From Octopus sinensis (taxonomy: Eukaryota), in assembly GCF_006345805.1 (NCBI RefSeq), contig NC_043002.1, positions 83,390,001 to 83,454,000 of the forward strand: a stretch of 64,000 nt of DNA, in the 5' to 3' direction. Below, one piece after another: positions 38,106-50,295 of this stretch (position 1 is its first letter; each line of letters starts with the position of its first letter). Below the pieces are notes generated by a model. That model had not been told where the DNA came from and did not search any database. It worked only from the letters and a program-made list of their open reading frames with translations. The position numbers and the translations under genes are program-made.

Positions 38106-39204
38106 TAATAATAATGATGATGATGATGATGATAATAATAATAATAATAATATAATAATAATATCTTCTTGAGCTAGGGGTTGAAATCAAGTTCTGGATT
38201 TACCCCTTGCTCACTATTATGCAGAAATGATATTGTTTTTCATTGTTGCGTGTATTACTAATGTTGTATTATTTTCATTTAGGATGTGTAGATTTGTAAG
38301 TTAAAAGTTGATTCCAGTGAATTTTTTTGCATCTAAGGAATAACAACTAGTTTTAATTTGTAGTTATAATTCTCAGATATTTTTGTTGTTGGGTTTCCTG
38401 CAAACATAGATAAATAGATGTCATTTACTATTTTGATAATCAATAATTGCTCATTCCTTACATAATAATCCCTTCTGTAAACATGGTGCTGTTCTAATGG
38501 GGTTACTACTAGCTTAGCTGTTATTTTTGTTATGTAGATTGTATTCAGTATGATGACAAAACGATGTACAATTTTGAGCAGCAGTTGACCTATTATTCAA
38601 TTTCCTTATTGTGTTTGTTGTCACTAAATATATATTTTTTTGTCTAAATAATATTACAATCTCTTTGTGAAACAGCTTTTTGTTTCAGAGTTTTTTTTAA
38701 ATGTATCTTTAAAAAATGTTGATTTTTGAATGCTTTTACATAAAATACCTTCAAGTTAAGACATGTCTGCTTTGTTGACTTGTATGTTAGTATATGTTAT
38801 GCAGGAAGGGATGGAGGCGAAGAGATTTTGTCAGGTTTATCCTGTATTGCTTTATTTCTATCTATGTCTCTTCTTGATTTATCTTTGTTCTTGCTGAATA
38901 TGAGTTTGTTTATTCATTTCAACTAATTTTTTCTAATTAGAAATATTTAGTGATTCAGTATTTTTGAGACTGATTTTCTATTGTTGGATGCCATTCCTGT
39001 CACCATCCCTCATCTCATTCCAAGCAAGGTAATCTTTCCCCATGCCTAAACATATTTTCGTAGTATATTGGAAATAAATGACACTGCTTGTATGACAGTG
39101 ACATTCATTTACAACTTTCATAGGATGTCAAGACGTGTGTGTATATGTATGTATGTATGCATGCATGTATGTATTTATGTATTTATTTATTTATTTTGTT
39201 AGAA

Positions 39205-40860
39205 CATTTAAATGCTTTCATAGTTCTAAATATAGTGTCTGAGTCTCAGTGTGGTTTTCGTTCATCCAGGGGCACAGCTGATTGTATCTTTACTATCAGA
39301 CAATTACAAGAAAAGTGCATTGAACAGAATCTTGCTCTATATCATTGCTTTGTTGATTTGAGCAAAGCGTTCAGTACTGTTAATCGAAATGCTCTGTAGC
39401 TAATTCTAAGGAAAATAGGTTGTCCAGAAAAATTTGTAAACGTGATTAGGGCTTTGCAGGTGGGAGGCTCTCTGAATCCTTTGCCATGGAAAATGGAGTA
39501 AAGCAGGGAGACCTCTTGCACCCACCCTTCTTTGCAATATACTTTGCTGTTGTGTTGTCACATGCTTTTAAAACGTCTGAGGAGGGAATTTACATAAAAT
39601 ATGGAACAACAGGGAATGTTTTTAATCCGACCGGACTGAATTTCAAAACAAAGGACTTTACTTCACTCATTAGGGAACTTTTACATGCTGATGATTGCGA
39701 TCTTGTCAGTCATTCTGAAACAGGTCTGCAATCTCTTGTATCTGCATTTGACTTAGCTTGTGTTGATTTTGGCTTGACCATCAACTTGAAAAAAGAAAAA
39801 ACACAGTTGTAATGCATCAACTTGCATGCGGTGCTGTTTGTAACCCCTCTAAAATTTTTGCGAAGGGTAAGTTACTTGAGGTTGTTGATTCGTTCATCTA
39901 CCTTAGAAGCTCTGTACAAAATGATGGAAATCTTGATACAGAAATACAGCTGCAAATTCAAAGGGCAGCAAAAGCATTTGGTGGCTTGGAGTCATGCATT
40001 TGGTGCCAGTGACATATAGATAAGAATACAAAGCTGGCTCTTTACAAATCATTTGTCTTACCATCCCTGTTGTATTCTTGTGGAACTTGAACTTGTTATG
40101 AAAGGCATTTTAAATTGTTAGAACAATTCCACCAAAAATGCCTTCATCGCATTTTAAACAATAAATGAAGTTCTTTTACTCCAAACACAGATGTCCTTGC
40201 ATCTTCAGGCATCACCTCGATTAAAGCTATGATTTTGAGGAACCAAATGAGATGGTGTGGCCATATTGTTTGAATGGCAGATGAACGCATGCTAAAACAG
40301 CTGTTTTATGGTGAGCTTGCTAAAGGGAAACACTATCGGCGTAAACCTAAAAAAAGGTTTAAGGATGGTATAAGGACTACTATGAAGTCACTTGGAATGG
40401 ATCCAGAAAACATAAAGACCCTTGCTTCAGATCGAGCTGGATGGCAAGCAAAAATGTGGAGTGGGGTGAAAGTGTTTGAAGAGGCCAGGATAACACATGT
40501 AAGACTCAAAAGAGATCTAAGGAAAAATGCTACGATTGAAAAGGTGAATGACAATGACCTTTTTGTGTGCACAGTTTGTGACAGACCATGCCTTTCTTTT
40601 GCTGGGCTCAAATCTCATTTGCGAACCCATGGGAAAAGGAACCTCCACCAACTATTCTGCCTATATGTCTGTGCACACCTTGTGCAGTGTATGCCAGTAG
40701 GTTTGCAAATCTAACAGAGGCCTCAAAAGACATTTTAAGATCCACAAAGGTCAGAACTTATCTGCAGCTCTTGGTGGTCCAAATTGGATGTGCAATCTAT
40801 GTCTGGTAAAGCCACAACAGATGCCATGATGGTTCTAAGGTGTAGGTACAAGAGGTGGTC
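39205..40860 (+). mobile_element. RTE-BovB-like LINE, 5'-truncated RT ORF with C-terminal C2H2 zinc fingers, pseudogenised
   Basis: ESQCGFRSSRGTADCIFTIRQLQEKCIEQN...FVDLSKAF; GVKQGD; LLHADD; ADERMLKQLFYGEL..GK..RRKPKKRFKD; CTVCDRPCLSFAGLKSHLRTH; a degenerate second finger VCKSNRGLKRHFKIH. Confidence 0.93.
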
Positions 40861-40889
40861 AAACTCTGCATAAGGAGTAGACAACCACC

Positions 40890-41836
40890 ATGTGACTGTG
40901 TGGTAAGCAGCTCACTTCCCAACCACGTGGTTCTGGGTTCGGTCCCACTGTGTAGCACCTTGGCCAGGTGTCTTCTACCATAGCTATGGGTTGAGCAAAG
41001 CCTTGTGGGTAGATTTGGTTGACAGAAACTGAAAGAAGCCCACCGTGTGTGTGTGTGTATCTTGTTTGTCCCCTGTGTGTGTCTTTTGCTTGTCTTATGT
41101 TTGTCCAACCAGTAATGGTGTGTTTACATCCCTGTAACTTGGCTTTCAGCAAACATGACCGATAGAATAAGTACCAGGCTTAAAAAAATGTGCTGGGATT
41201 GATTCATTTGACTATAAATCCCTAATAACTGAAATAAAAAGAATTAAAAAAACCTATACACACAAACATTTCTATATGTATGTATATATATACACACATT
41301 CGTATATATCCATATATATATAAATATATATATATACACACACACATATATTTATGTATATCCATATATCACTCTCTTTATCTTACTCTCAAACTCACTC
41401 TCCATTCTACTCTACAGCAAGACACCTATGTCTGTCCCCTCTTTACCTTAAATCTCTCAGCTGGCAAAAAGCCACCCTGCCTCAAAACTACTCCCCACTC
41501 CCAACCAATGGGTTTCTGTCTTGCAAGGTACTTGATAACCCTGTTAGTGCTGGTGCTACATAAAAGTATTGGTGATGATACCACATAAAAAGCACTGGTG
41601 CTGGCGTCACATAAAAAGCACCCAGTACACTCTGTAGTGGATGGCATTAGGAAGGGCATCCAACCAAAGCACAATGGAACCTGGTGTTGCTCCTGGCTTT
41701 GCCAGCTCCTGTCAAACCATCCAACCCATGCCAGCATGGAAAATAGATTTGAAATGATGCTGATATATATATACATCATCATCATCATCATCATCATCAT
41801 TTAACGTCCGCTTTCCATGCTAGCATGGGTTGGACA
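40890..41836. mobile_element. Family A SINE (40890-41245 +), family C copy (41575-41765 +) and an inverted family C tail (41775-41836 -)
   Basis: Motif similarity; tail-to-tail (ATG)n/(CAT)n junction. Confidence 0.7.
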
Positions 41837-41965
41837 AATATATATATATATATGTTTATACATACATACATACATACACATATATATGCACACACATAAA
41901 CATACTCGTGCTGCCTCACACAAACATAGACACATGTGCAAAATTTTTCTTTCTCTCTTTCTCTT

Positions 41966-42013
<48 letters not shown>

Positions 42014-42332
42014 CTCATCACTGTATCTAGTGCTTAGAACAGGTTCCTCATGTATATATTTTCAATGAATGGCATAGATATTTTTTGTATTAATCTATTT
42101 TACTCTTGAGATATTTCTAAAAGACATCCCTACTCAAACTCTCATGAAAACTACAGGTTTTGTCTTTTACAAACTAATGATTTTACCATTTTAAGGTCAT
42201 GACTTTTGACAGCACTTAAAATGTCTATATAATGTTATTTAACTACACTTTCTCTCTCTCTCTCTCTTCTTTATATATGTATGTATGTGTGTGTATGTAA
42301 AGTTTAATTAGGTAGTGACTTCATCTGGCCCT

Positions 42333-42384
42333 ATGGTTGCCTTCCAAGCAGTCGATCCGGGTTCAACTCTCGGCCGATGCATCA
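42333..42384 (+). pseudogene. 5'-truncated tRNA-Gly(TCC) pseudogene fragment
   Basis: ATGGTTGCCTTCCAAGCAGTCGATCCGGGTTCAACTCTCGGCCGATGCA(TCA) matches the anticodon arm, T arm and acceptor 3' strand of tRNA-Gly-TCC. The 5' acceptor strand and D arm are absent. Confidence 0.75.
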
Positions 42385-42396
42385 CAATCACTTTTT

Positions 42397-42876
42397 AAGG
42401 CGGTGAGCTGGCAGAAACGTTAGCACGTCGGGCGAAATGCTTAGTGGTATTTCGTCTACTGTTACATTGTGAGTTCAATTTCTGCCGAGGTCAACTTTGC
42501 CTTTCATCCTTTTGGGGTCGATAAATTAAGTACCAGTTACACACTGGGGACAATGTAATCGACTTAATACCTTTGTCTGTCCTTGTTTGTCCCCTCTATG
42601 TTTAGCCCCTTGTGGGTAATAAAAGAAATACATATTAGCTATATATTTCTTTACTACCCACAAGGGGTTAAACACAGAGGGGACAAACAAGGACAGACAA
42701 AGGGATTAAGTCGACTACATCGACCCCAGTGCGTAACTGGTACTTAATTTATCAACCCAAAAAGGATGAAAGGCAAAGTCAACCTCGCCGGAATTTGAAC
42801 TCGGAACGTAACGACAGACAAAATACGGCTACGAATTTCGCCCGGCATGCTAACATTTCTGCCAGCTCGCCGCCTT
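42397..42876. mobile_element. Tail-to-tail inverted pair of family B SINEs (42397-42628 +, 42644-42876 -)
   Basis: Two ~230-bp copies ~15 bp apart. The minus copy has a 12-bp TSD ATATTAGCTATA (42632-42643, 42878-42889). Confidence 0.92.
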
Positions 42877-43224
42877 GATATTAGCTATAGATTTATCTAC
42901 ACTGTTGCTAATGAGTTCAAACTTATTTCACTGTGTATGCCTAGCTAGCTAGCTATTTATGTATCTATCCTTGTGTCATGTACACACCTGCAAATGCATG
43001 TACATTGAATGAGGAGAAGAAATAGATGTTGAGTGATTTTTGTAATAAATGAAATTTTCTTTGGACTTCAAAATGTAAACTGCTCTTGTTGTCTAGAATA
43101 TACTTTGCAGTTGCATCATACATCAAATGTTTCATTTTCATTCCATTCTGGTCCTTAATCAACAATTAAATATCATTAATTGATTTTACTCCTTTTGATT
43201 TTTTTTTTATTTGTTATCTTTTAC

Positions 43225-44040
43225 TTGTTTCATTCACTGGACTGCGGCCATGCGGGGGCACTGCCTTGCAGGGTTTAGTCAAACAAATCAGCCCCAAACT
43301 TATTTTCTTTTAAAGCTTGGTTCTTATTCTATTGGTTTCTTTTGCTGAACTGTTAAATTATGAGGATGTAAACAAACTCTTAAAGCCAGAAGCTTTTTAG
43401 CCCCACCTTGTGTATGTCTGTCTTTATGTATGTATATATATGTGTGTGTGTGGTGTGTGTGTGTGTGTGTGTATCATCATCATCATCGTTTAACGTCCGT
43501 TTTCCATGCTAGCATGGGTTGGACAGTTCAACTGAGGTCTGGGAAGCCAGAAGGCTGCGCCAGGCCCAGTCTGATCTGGTAGTGTTTCTACAGCTGGATG
43601 CCCTTCCTAATGCCAACCACTCCGTGAGTGTAGTGGGTGCTTTTTACGTGTCACCTGCACAGGTGCCAGACGAGGCGGCACTGGCAACGGCCACGTTCGG
43701 ATGGTTCTCTTACGTGCCACCGGCACTGGTATCACAGCTACAATTTCCATTGATGTTGATCGATTTCGATTTTGATTTTCACTTGCCTCAACAGGTCTTC
43801 ACAAGTAGGGTTTGTGTCACAAGAAGGAAAGGTATGCATAAGTGGGCTAGCTACGTCCCAGGTAGAGGCCACGGGTTATATATATATATATATGATGAGC
43901 TTCTTTCAGTTTCTGTTTACCAATTCTACTCAATGCTTTTGTCAACCTGTGACTGTAATATTAAACATTTACCGAAAGTGCCATGCAGTATTGCTGAACC
44001 CAGAACCATGCGGTGATGATGCAAACTTCTCACCACACAA
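43225..44040 (-). mobile_element. Family A piece (43225-43380), family C copy (43470-43830), family A piece (43880-44040)
   Basis: Motif similarity. Confidence 0.75.
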
Positions 44041-44211
44041 CCATCTATTTTCTGTTTGTATATAAGATAGAAATAAGTTTGGGCAACCACGGCAGACTTT
44101 AACACTATTATCTTTTTAATACATTGAACCATGGAAATTATTTCCGAGAACAATTGGTTATTTCAGGGTTTTACAGGTTCCTCTTTGGAATTACCATCCT
44201 TGTATTTACAT

Positions 44212-44612
44212 GAGTGGCTGTGTGGGAAGTAGCTTGTTTACCAACCACATGGTTCCGGGTTCAGTCCCACTGCGTGGCACCTTGGGCAAGTGTCTTCTAC
44301 TATAGCCTCTGGCCAAACAAAACCTTGTGAGTGGATTTGGAAGACGGAAACTGAAAGAAGCCCGTCGTATATATGTATATATATATATGCGTGTGTGTGT
44401 GTTTGTGTGTCTGTGTTTGTCCGCCTAGCATTGCTTGACAACCGATGCTGGTGTGTTTACGTCCCCGTTACTTAGCAGTTCGGCAAAAGAGACCAATAGA
44501 ATAAGTACTGGGCTTACAAAAGAATAAGTCCCAGGGTCGAGTTGCTCGATTAAAGGCGGTGCTCCAGCATGGCCGCAGTCAAATGACTGAAACAAGTAAA
44601 AGAGTAAAGAGT
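44212..44612 (+). mobile_element. Full-length, young family A SINE (reference copy)
   Basis: Runs from GAGTGGCTGTGTGG through the tail GACTGAAACAAGTAAAAGAGTAAAGAG. Confidence 0.92.
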
Positions 44613-45637
44613 ATATAAATCCTAGTTCCACATTTGCCAAATATAAAAGTACATTTTCAGTGTAGCTATTTTATGTATTACATATCCACTACTGGGATTT
44701 TTAACCATTTTTGTACGTATTTTAGCTGGGTTTATATATATAACTCTATTGTAGCTGCAAGTATTATTTAACTCTGGATAAATTCAGGAGCAACTGACAG
44801 TGGGGTACTTACTGCTTCTACATATGGGATGGTGGTACTGCCTCACAGACATCCTAGACTGCATCTAAAGAAAGGCTACTTGACTGATTGGCATGAAGTC
44901 AACCAATAAACATTCAGTGCTCTCTCTCACAGGTCTATCTTCTTCCTCTGTCTTTTCTGCTGCTACTATGCATGCATCTGCTCCTTGGTGCTGGCTGGTT
45001 GCATGCCACCTCAGCTTATGCAGTCATTATTCATTTGTCTCTCCTCTTTTTGTCATCCATATTGTGCTCCTTCCTACCAGCCTGCAGTCACCATTTTAAC
45101 ATGTCAATCCTTCCTTTAATAGCTTGCCTAACTCAGTTAATTTTTTCTTGAGGGATATGTGGCAATTTTTAGTGTAGCTCTACTAAGATACTAACAGGCC
45201 TACATAAAGCTCAGTTAACTTGACTGTTAGGAGTTAAGTGTTGAGCTTAACCAAGGAAAATAGCAGCCTAATCCTTTTCATCACAGTTTGCCATCTTAAA
45301 TGGAAAATGTAGTCCTCAATACACTATGTCTGAGTAAAGGACAGGATGGTCGCAGCTACGATGTTTCTAATCACAGGTCTACTGGATCTGGGCTGACTTA
45401 GGGCTAAACAGCCACAGCAAAAATGTCTTAGCCATAGGTACACACTAATAACATCTCAGCTTATTGTTTCTTACTGTATTGATTTGTCTATACTCTCTAA
45501 AATGCTATATTTAAAGATGAAAATAAAGATATAATTGTTTCTAATTTAGGTACTAGGCCAGCAGTTTTGAGGACAGGGTAGTTAAATTATAGCTGGATAA
45601 TAACACTACCTGAATATGAATGCCGTGTTGGTTTCAG

Positions 45638-45754
45638 CAATGAATATTCCAGCTTGGTCTATGGAGCTATTTGACTTGGTGCAATTGGCTGTATATTACA
45701 CAGACCCTTCTACCTTCTCTTTATACAATCTTCATGCATTATCAGAATCACCTT
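45638..45754 (+). CDS. Candidate 117-nt symmetric coding exon (AMNIPAWSMELFDLVQLAVYYTDPSTFSLYNLHALSESP)
   Basis: Boundaries ttggtttcag| and |gtaagt; open, unique non-repeat sequence; phase-compatible with 47561-47629. No recognised homology. Confidence 0.3.
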
Positions 45755-46094
45755 GTAAGTAGCTAGGTTAACCCTTTGAATAACATCTGACGGCTTCTGC
45801 ACAGTTTCTATCAGTTATCCCAATTTAAACACAGGATTTGGGTCAACTTGAAGTTATAGTAGAAGATATTTACTTGAGGTGCTACACTTTTGGATCAAAT
45901 CCAGAACTACATTATTGCTTAGCAAACTTTTTAACTATTTGGTCATGCTTACAGGACCTGTATCACTATATGTCCTATGGCAAAAACACACGATATATTT
46001 TTTGCTCTAAATAGTTGAAAATAAGTTCAAAGTACTACTTCATAGTTGAATTAATTGTTTTAGGAGAAAAAAAAAACTTTGTTAAAACTTACTC

Positions 46095-46490
46095 TCTTTT
46101 TCTCTTTTACTCTCTTTTACTTGTTTCAGTCATTTGGCTGTGGCCATGCTGGAGCACTGCCTTTAGTCAAGCAAATCGACCCCAAGACTTATTCTTTGTA
46201 AGCCTAGTACTTATTCTATCAGCCACTTTTGCTGAGCCGCTAAGTTACGGGGATGTAAACACACCAGCATCAGTTGTCAAGCGATGTTGGGGGACACAAA
46301 CACAGACACACAAACATATACACATACATACATATACATACATATATGTATATATATATATATATACGATGGGCTTCTTTCAGTTTCCATCTACCAAATC
46401 CACTCACAAGGTTTTGGTCGCCCCAAGGCTATAGTAGAAGACACTTGCCCAAGGTGCCAGGCAGTGGAACTGAACACGGAACCATGTGAT
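46095..46490 (-). mobile_element. Family A SINE
   Basis: Reverse complement of 44212-44612. Confidence 0.88.
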
Positions 46491-47560
46491 CATCCCAAAG
46501 GATGGGATGATCACAGCTGGAATATTATAAACCATGGGTCTATTAACTCAGCTAGAAGAAACAAAAAGCTTGGAAAAATGGTGAGTTGTTTATACATTGT
46601 GGCACCTATTTACAGCTAGGTGGACTGGGTCATTTATTTACCACTGAGAAAACGCATTTCTGGTGACAGAACACAAACTGCATATCTCTTTTTTTATTTT
46701 TTAGTCAGAAGGGAAGAGCAGTACCTGTGACCCTTTAGCCTTTGAGATTGATGGGAGGAAGAGAGAGAGAGAGAGATCTGTCCTAAATACTTGCAACAGA
46801 ATGAACTCTACTAAAAGCACCCAAGGCGGTGATGTTAAACAAGGTGACAGATGAAGTCTATCACTCACATAGGTCATGGTGGGATTTGAACTCGGAATGC
46901 TAAGAGCCAGAACAAATACTGTTACAGATTCTGTGCCACACTCTAATGATTCCGCTAGTCTACTGCTCAAGACTGGTACTTTATTGAACCCAGCAGAACG
47001 AAAAGCAAAGTTGTCCTTGGTGAAATTTGAACTCAGAATTCAAAGTACTGGAATAAATACTGCCAGTGCATTTCTTCTAGTACTCTGGCAACACTGTCAG
47101 TTCACCATTCAGCCATCCTAATCAGACAATAAACTTTTACAAGATAACTCGAGTCTGTTCAGGATGGGCTTCATTTATAAATAATATCCTTATCTTTATA
47201 AATGTGACAGTTGTTTAGGTGTTGATGAGAAGTTCTTAGTCCAACGGTACTGCTTCATTTCACTTAAATTGCAAATTCCTTTTGGGAATGGTAAGAACAT
47301 AATCTCTCCTATATCCATAAAATATCAAAAGTTTCATGCTTATTTATTAAAATATCTTTGTAGCTGGACCAATCCTGTGTAATGAATATTGCTAGTTTAT
47401 TTATTTATTTTTTTCAATTTGGTTAATTAGTTTGAATTAAGTTATTGTAATTACATAATTTAGTTTAGAAGAAACTTAGAACTTTGTCAAGTATTCCTTT
47501 GATCAGCAGTTTCTTAGCTGAATGTCTCTGCTGTTTTAATTTCTATTTTTAATTGCTTAG

Positions 47561-47629
47561 TCAGAGAAGGAAGAGCAGCATCCATGGCTTTATTCAGAGC
47601 ATCTGTGACTGGTGGGAGGGAGTGGGTAG
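47561..47629 (+). CDS. Candidate 65/69-nt coding exon (REGRAASMALFRASVTGGREW[V])
   Basis: Strong acceptor ttctatttttaattgcttag|; donors |gtaggt (after 47625) or |gttagt (after 47629). Two frames are open. Confidence 0.3.
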
Positions 47630-47919
47630 GTTAGTTTCTAACAGAAGACATACCCTAAATAGTTGTATCAGAATGTATTCCACTAATGGCAAGCAGGTGC
47701 CAGGTGTTGGTTTCACACAATGTGATGGCTTAAATTAATCATCCAGCAACAAGAGTAGTTCATCCAACAGGCTTCCATACAGTTTCTGCCTATCAAATTT
47801 CTCTCACAATACTTTGACCACTCTTAGACTATAGTGGAATACATTTGCTGACCTTCTTAATTACCCAATCATGTCAGCACTCAAATTGTTAGGATGCTGA
47901 TCTACTAGCTTATGATTCA

Positions 47920-48645
47920 GCTGTGTGTATCACATCAGCTGCACTTATCCCGTCATCTGTGCTTATCCAATCAACTGTGTGTCCCCCATCAGCTGCATGT
48001 ATCACATCAGCTGTGTGTGTCCCATTGGCTGTGCATATCCTGTCAGCTGTGCATATCCCATCAGCTACATGTATGTCATCAGCTGTGTGTATCCCATCAG
48101 TTGCATGTATCCCATCAAATGTTCATATCCAATCTGCTGTTTGCATCCCATCTGCTGTGCATATCCCATCCACTGTGCATATCCCATCAACTGTGTGTAT
48201 TCCGTTGGCTGCATGTATGCAATCAGTTGTTTGTATCTCATCAGCTGTTCATATCCAGTCAGCTGTTTGCATCCCATCTGCCATACATATCCCATCAACC
48301 ATGCATATCCTATTGGCTACAAGTATGCTAAAGCTGTGTGCATCCCATCAGCTGTGTGAGCATCCCATGTGCTCATCCCATCAGTTGTGCATATCTTATC
48401 CACTGTACATATCCCATCAGTTGTGCATATCCAATCAGCTATGCACATCCCATCAGCTGTGCACATCCCACCAGCTATGCTCATGTCATCAGTTGTGCAT
48501 ATCCCATCGACTATGCATATCCCATCTGCTGTATGTATCCTATCAGTTGCATGTATCCCATCAGTTGCATTTATCCCATCAGCTGTGGATATGCCATTGG
48601 TTGTGCACATCCCATCAGTTTTGCACATCCCACCTGCTATGCCTT
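47920..48645. repeat. 18-bp minisatellite (consensus CTGTGCATATCCCATCAG) x ~40
   Basis: Direct inspection; an indel-containing break at ~48310-48375. Confidence 0.95.
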
Positions 48646-48664
48646 TAGTAGAGATTACTACTAA

Positions 48665-49135
48665 AATTTTTATTATTATTATCATCATTGAGTGAGAAAC
48701 CAGCGCATGCCATCAGAGTGACACTGGGGTACAAATATACAAAGCCCAATATGCCTATTATGGCTACCCATCCGTGCGCATAATGGTGATCTCATATCAA
48801 GATAAACAGCACATTACCTTGCAAGTGGGGCCCAGTTAGAATTTTCTTCAGCTCGAGTAGTCCATCCTGCACAAAAAATCCTTGAATAGAGTTTTTTTAA
48901 GGATAATGAACAAAACACCCATGTTTCCAGAGGTGAAATATATTCAAACCCTAAACAATTATCTTTCAAGACAAGGCTATGTTGCTCTCTCACAACTTCT
49001 CATGATCAGAGATGCACATATCAGCCACCAAGGGACATTCTCAACTGGTTAAGCAACTGACAAATGAATCTGTGGTATTGAGCAGAATATTTGCTGTAGC
49101 GCACCTTTTATATACCAAGACAAAACTTGTACAAT
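48665..49135 (-). mobile_element. Probable L2/CR1-type LINE 3' fragment with (AAT)n tail
   Basis: A (TTA)n tail at the left end and similarity to 15060-15310. The class is inferred. Confidence 0.5.
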
Positions 49136-49139
49136 ATAA

Positions 49140-49700
49140 TTGAGTGGTGGCCTGGGCATGCCATGGCTGATGATGTGCAGACATGCACTGAGGTTACGGC
49201 ATCTCCAGTGTTTCCTTGACAGTGAACAGGTGTGGTCACCATTCACCAGACACATATTTCTGCAGCTAATTTCTTTAACAGTCTCAATCAGATACCATTT
49301 TAGTTGACTTTGGGTAAAACAGAGGCAGAGAGGGAGCATTTGGAAAGTGGAATGTCTTCAGGTGCTCACAGCCCTTAGCCAATTGGACACTGTGATAGGT
49401 GGAACGTCCACTTTAGCTTTTTATAGAGGATTAGTGGAGGAAAAGTGAGACAGTGTTCTTGAGGAGACCTTGAGTGTCAATGAAGATAACTAACCATTCT
49501 TTTCCGGAGAACTTTCGACCTACGACCGATGGATTATTTCCAAAAATCTCTCGCTTGGCAGTGCTACCAGGGAGCTTTGCCTGTGAGATAAACTTTACAG
49601 GCATGGAAGTGCTGTCAGCCAAGCATGTTTGAGATGCGTGCAGGACAAGACGGCCCTACATGCACTTGTCCAGTGCCCAAGCATTGCTGACCTGACGTCA
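49140..49700 (+). mobile_element. L1/Tx1-type LINE ORF2 C-terminal fragment (zf-RVT region)
   Basis: GGLGMPWL..RHALRLRHL; FYRGLVE; FQKSLAWQCYQGALPVRDKLYRHG...CLRC...LHALVQCPSIADL. Confidence 0.8.
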
Positions 49701-50259
49701 TCATTTCAAATTCAATGGAATTTGAAATACATATTTGTAATATCGGGAAATTGCTTATGTTTAAGAGTGGTGGATTGGCACAGTTGCTTGGAAGCTGAAC
49801 ACAAATATTTCTTGTGGCTCATTTATGTTTTGAGTTCAAACCCCATCAAAGTCAACTTCACCTTTCATCTTTTCAGTGTCATTACCATAAAGTGCTAGTC
49901 AAGTTCTGGAGTTGATATAATTGATTAAATCCCTTCCTATCGTAGAAAGAGTTTAATTATAATTACATTACTGCCATCAAGGAAATGTCTCTGTGAGCTC
50001 TCACTTTACTAGAAATAGCACACCCTAATGTCTTAAAGGAAAGGTATATTGGGTAGTGTAGCGGTAGATATACAAAAGACAGGAGTGTCATGGCTGGATC
50101 ATATCTGATCATAGGTTTGCTCAATCAAAGCTGAATCTCGGATTAAAAAAAAAAAACTAGTAATGTCATGATGTAATTGTACTGAGTAGAGAAATTAATC
50201 ACATGAAATTATTATTATTATTGTTGTTGTCATCGTCGTTGCCGCCGCCGCCGTCATCG

Positions 50260-50295
<36 letters not shown>

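Noticed and set aside
47912-48695. Several 100-240 aa repetitive ORFs (AVHIPS/ADGICT repeats) as a structural or biomineral protein
   Set aside because: An 18-bp unit without stops opens most frames automatically. Indels switch frames and the variation follows CpG decay.
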